Source: Candidatus Thorarchaeota archaeon (GTDB lineage Archaea > Asgardarchaeota > Thorarchaeia > Thorarchaeales > Thorarchaeaceae). From it: a DNA stretch of 26,516 nucleotides. The position numbers and the translations under genes are program-made. The stretch is taken from positions 1 to 26,516 of the forward strand of contig JAWAQK010000034.1 of the NCBI GenBank assembly GCA_038893995.1, written 5' to 3'. Shown here piece by piece: positions 24,940 through 26,516 of this stretch. The notes under the pieces were generated by a model. The model searched no databases. It saw only the letters and a list, made by a program, of their open reading frames with translations, and was not told the origin of the DNA. Position 1 is the first letter of the stretch, and the number at the start of each line of letters is the position of its first letter.

Positions 24940-26516
24940 CCGAGGACACCTCCTGCCCTTCCTGACACAAGGCGATCCATCAAGATGAAGGCGACGAAAC
25001 ATGCAACGACTATCACAAGCGCACACGCTCCTGCCTCGACGAACTTCCTGACTCCCAGGTACTGATAGATCGCCACTGCCAGTGTCGTGTTCTGCGGCAT
25101 TGCTATGAACAGGGTCGCGGACATCTCTCCGATCGCCATGGCGAATGCAAAGGCCGCCCCCACGACTATTCCTGGAGCCATCAGGGGAATCTCTACCAGA
25201 AACAGTCTGTTCAGCCTCGAGGCGCCGAGGATGTCTGCCTGGTCCAGATAGTCCTGGTCAAGACTGGATGCTGCTGTCTCGATTGCACGGGTGGTGAAAG
25301 GAAGTCCAATCACGGTCTGAGCGATGACGATCAGGGGCCAGGGACTGTAGCTGAGCATGAGTGGGACAGCAATGGCCCTGAGGAGTCCATAGGCCAGTGT
25401 TATCGAGGACACCCCGAGAGGAAGTAGTGTGAGCAGCGATTCAACACTGTGAGGCGCCCTTTGAGGGCCCCTATGTGAGGTCGCAAGTACTAGTGCGATC
25501 GTGACGGAGAGTATCGTGGCAAGGGACGAGTATAGGAGCGAGTTCAGTAGGGGAGTGAGTCCGCCTCCCAGGCCGGGACTCAGCAGATTGGTAAATCCCC
25601 TTGATGTGTATTCTCCAACCAGCGGGTCGTACACAGACGAGTGGATCACCGATAGGACCGGCCCTGAGGTGACAACGAGAATGAAGCTGAGATAGGCAGT
25701 CGCCGCAACTCTCTCTGAACGGCTCAGTTCACTGATGCTCCTCGTCCTGGGTGACAGCGTCCGCGTCACCTGTCCCATCCCCCGTCTGCTGAGGTGGTAG
25801 GCATAGGCGAGCGCTAGGGTCACGCACAGCTGCATCAGCGCGAGTGAGCTGGTCTCTCTGTAGTCAAATGTCCTGAAGGCCTTCCACATCTGGACCTCAA
25901 TTGTCATGTATTCGCCCTGACCCAGGGCCAACACGATTGGAAACGACATGAAGCAGAACAGAAATACGAGCAGGGCGGACGAGACCAGTGCAGTCCTGAT
26001 ATGGGGAAGCACGATCCTGACGAGCCTCTGTACTGTCGATGCACCAAGGATCTCGGCAGTCTCCTCGATCTCTGCTGACAGCCTATCAAGCGAGGCCGAG
26101 ACCATCAGTGCAACAAGGGGGATATTATAGAGCACATGCGCAAGGACTATGCCTGTCAGACCCGACGAGAGGTTGAGTACGGATGTCCGAGTGCCGACGA
26201 TGGTCATTGCGATGCTGTCGAGAATGCCCTGAGGACCAAACATCCGTATGAAGCCGACTACCACCACAATCGGGGGCAGCACGAAGGGAACAAGCAGGGC
26301 TGCTCTCACGACCCCGCGGCCACGAAAGCGTATCCTCGTGAGTAAGAATGCTGCTGGCAGGCCCAACAGGACTGCTGCTGCTGTGCTGAGGGCGGCCTGA
26401 GACACTGTGAACACCAGGGTCCTGTGTGTGACCGGAGAGGTAAGGACCTCCACAAATGAACTCCCCGGTCCGTTCAGAACACCATCAAAGATCACACTTG
26501 CAACAGGATAGAGTAC
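24927..26516 (-). CDS. ABC transporter permease with two fused BPD_transp_1 domains (ThiP/FbpB class), 5'-truncated
   Basis: Two EAA-loop motifs (IEETAEILGAS; YLDQADILGAS), FT..QA.LST, PFVLPPIVV. Frame is open to the window end (VLYPVASVIFDG). Confidence 0.9.
   Translation of the reverse strand, partial: VLYPVASVIFDGVLNGPGSSFVEVLTSPVTHRTLVFTVSQAALSTAAAVLLGLPAAFLLTRIRFRGRGVVRAALLVPFVLPPIVVVVGFIRMFGPQGILDSIAMTIVGTRTSVLNLSSGLTGIVLAHVLYNIPLVALMVSASLDRLSAEIEETAEILGASTVQRLVRIVLPHIRTALVSSALLVFLFCFMSFPIVLALGQGEYMTIEVQMWKAFRTFDYRETSSLALMQLCVTLALAYAYHLSRRGMGQVTRTLSPRTRSISELSRSERVAATAYLSFILVVTSGPVLSVIHSSVYDPLVGEYTSRGFTNLLSPGLGGGLTPLLNSLLYSSLATILSVTIALVLATSHRGPQRAPHSVESLLTLLPLGVSSITLAYGLLRAIAVPLMLSYSPWPLIVIAQTVIGLPFTTRAIETAASSLDQDYLDQADILGASRLNRLFLVEIPLMAPGIVVGAAFAFAMAIGEMSATLFIAMPQNTTLAVAIYQYLGVRKFVEAGACALVIVVACFVAFILMDRLVSGRAGGVLGWSE

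Noticed and set aside
23860-26516. Tungstate/molybdate transporter serving Fwd
   Set aside because: The permease is a fused two-domain ThiP/FbpB type, not single-domain WtpB/ModB. The substrate cannot be assigned without the binding protein, which is outside the window.
1-26516. CRISPR arrays, rRNA, transposases, integrases
   Set aside because: No regularly spaced repeats, rRNA-like stretch or recombinase/transposase motifs were seen.

Overview
Archaeal chromosomal window, most likely from an Asgard archaeon (Thorarchaeia-like; inferred from gelsolin-domain and roadblock genes, a tetrahydromethanopterin/methanofuran C1 cluster and fairly high GC). Left to right: a 5'-truncated CDC48/p97 with a C-terminal HbYX motif; a GH38 alpha-mannosidase-like protein with altered metal ligands; then four co-directional uncharacterised genes, which are the most interesting part. 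They encode a two-domain protein with a V4R-like Cys-containing C-domain, a 90-aa two-TM protein ending in LKKV...PPPPP, a 96-aa divergent gelsolin-like protein, and a 593-aa protein combining an alpha-SNAP-like solenoid, an Ig-like domain and a long coiled coil. Next come a class I/II aminotransferase and an AT-richer islet with a MazF toxin and an unusually large putative antitoxin. The C1 cluster (mch-fwdC <-> ftr-fwdD-fwdB-fwdA, with mtd nearby) is bracketed by two paralogous ECF S-component-like membrane proteins and followed by a Gfo/Idh/MocA oxidoreductase with a non-canonical active site and a probable CoA-transferase gene remnant. The window ends with a gelsolin-domain/roadblock pair and a ThiPQ/FbpBC-like ABC transporter that runs off the right edge. 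No rRNA, tRNA, CRISPR array or transposase was seen. All family calls come from motif recognition by eye; no database searches were run.
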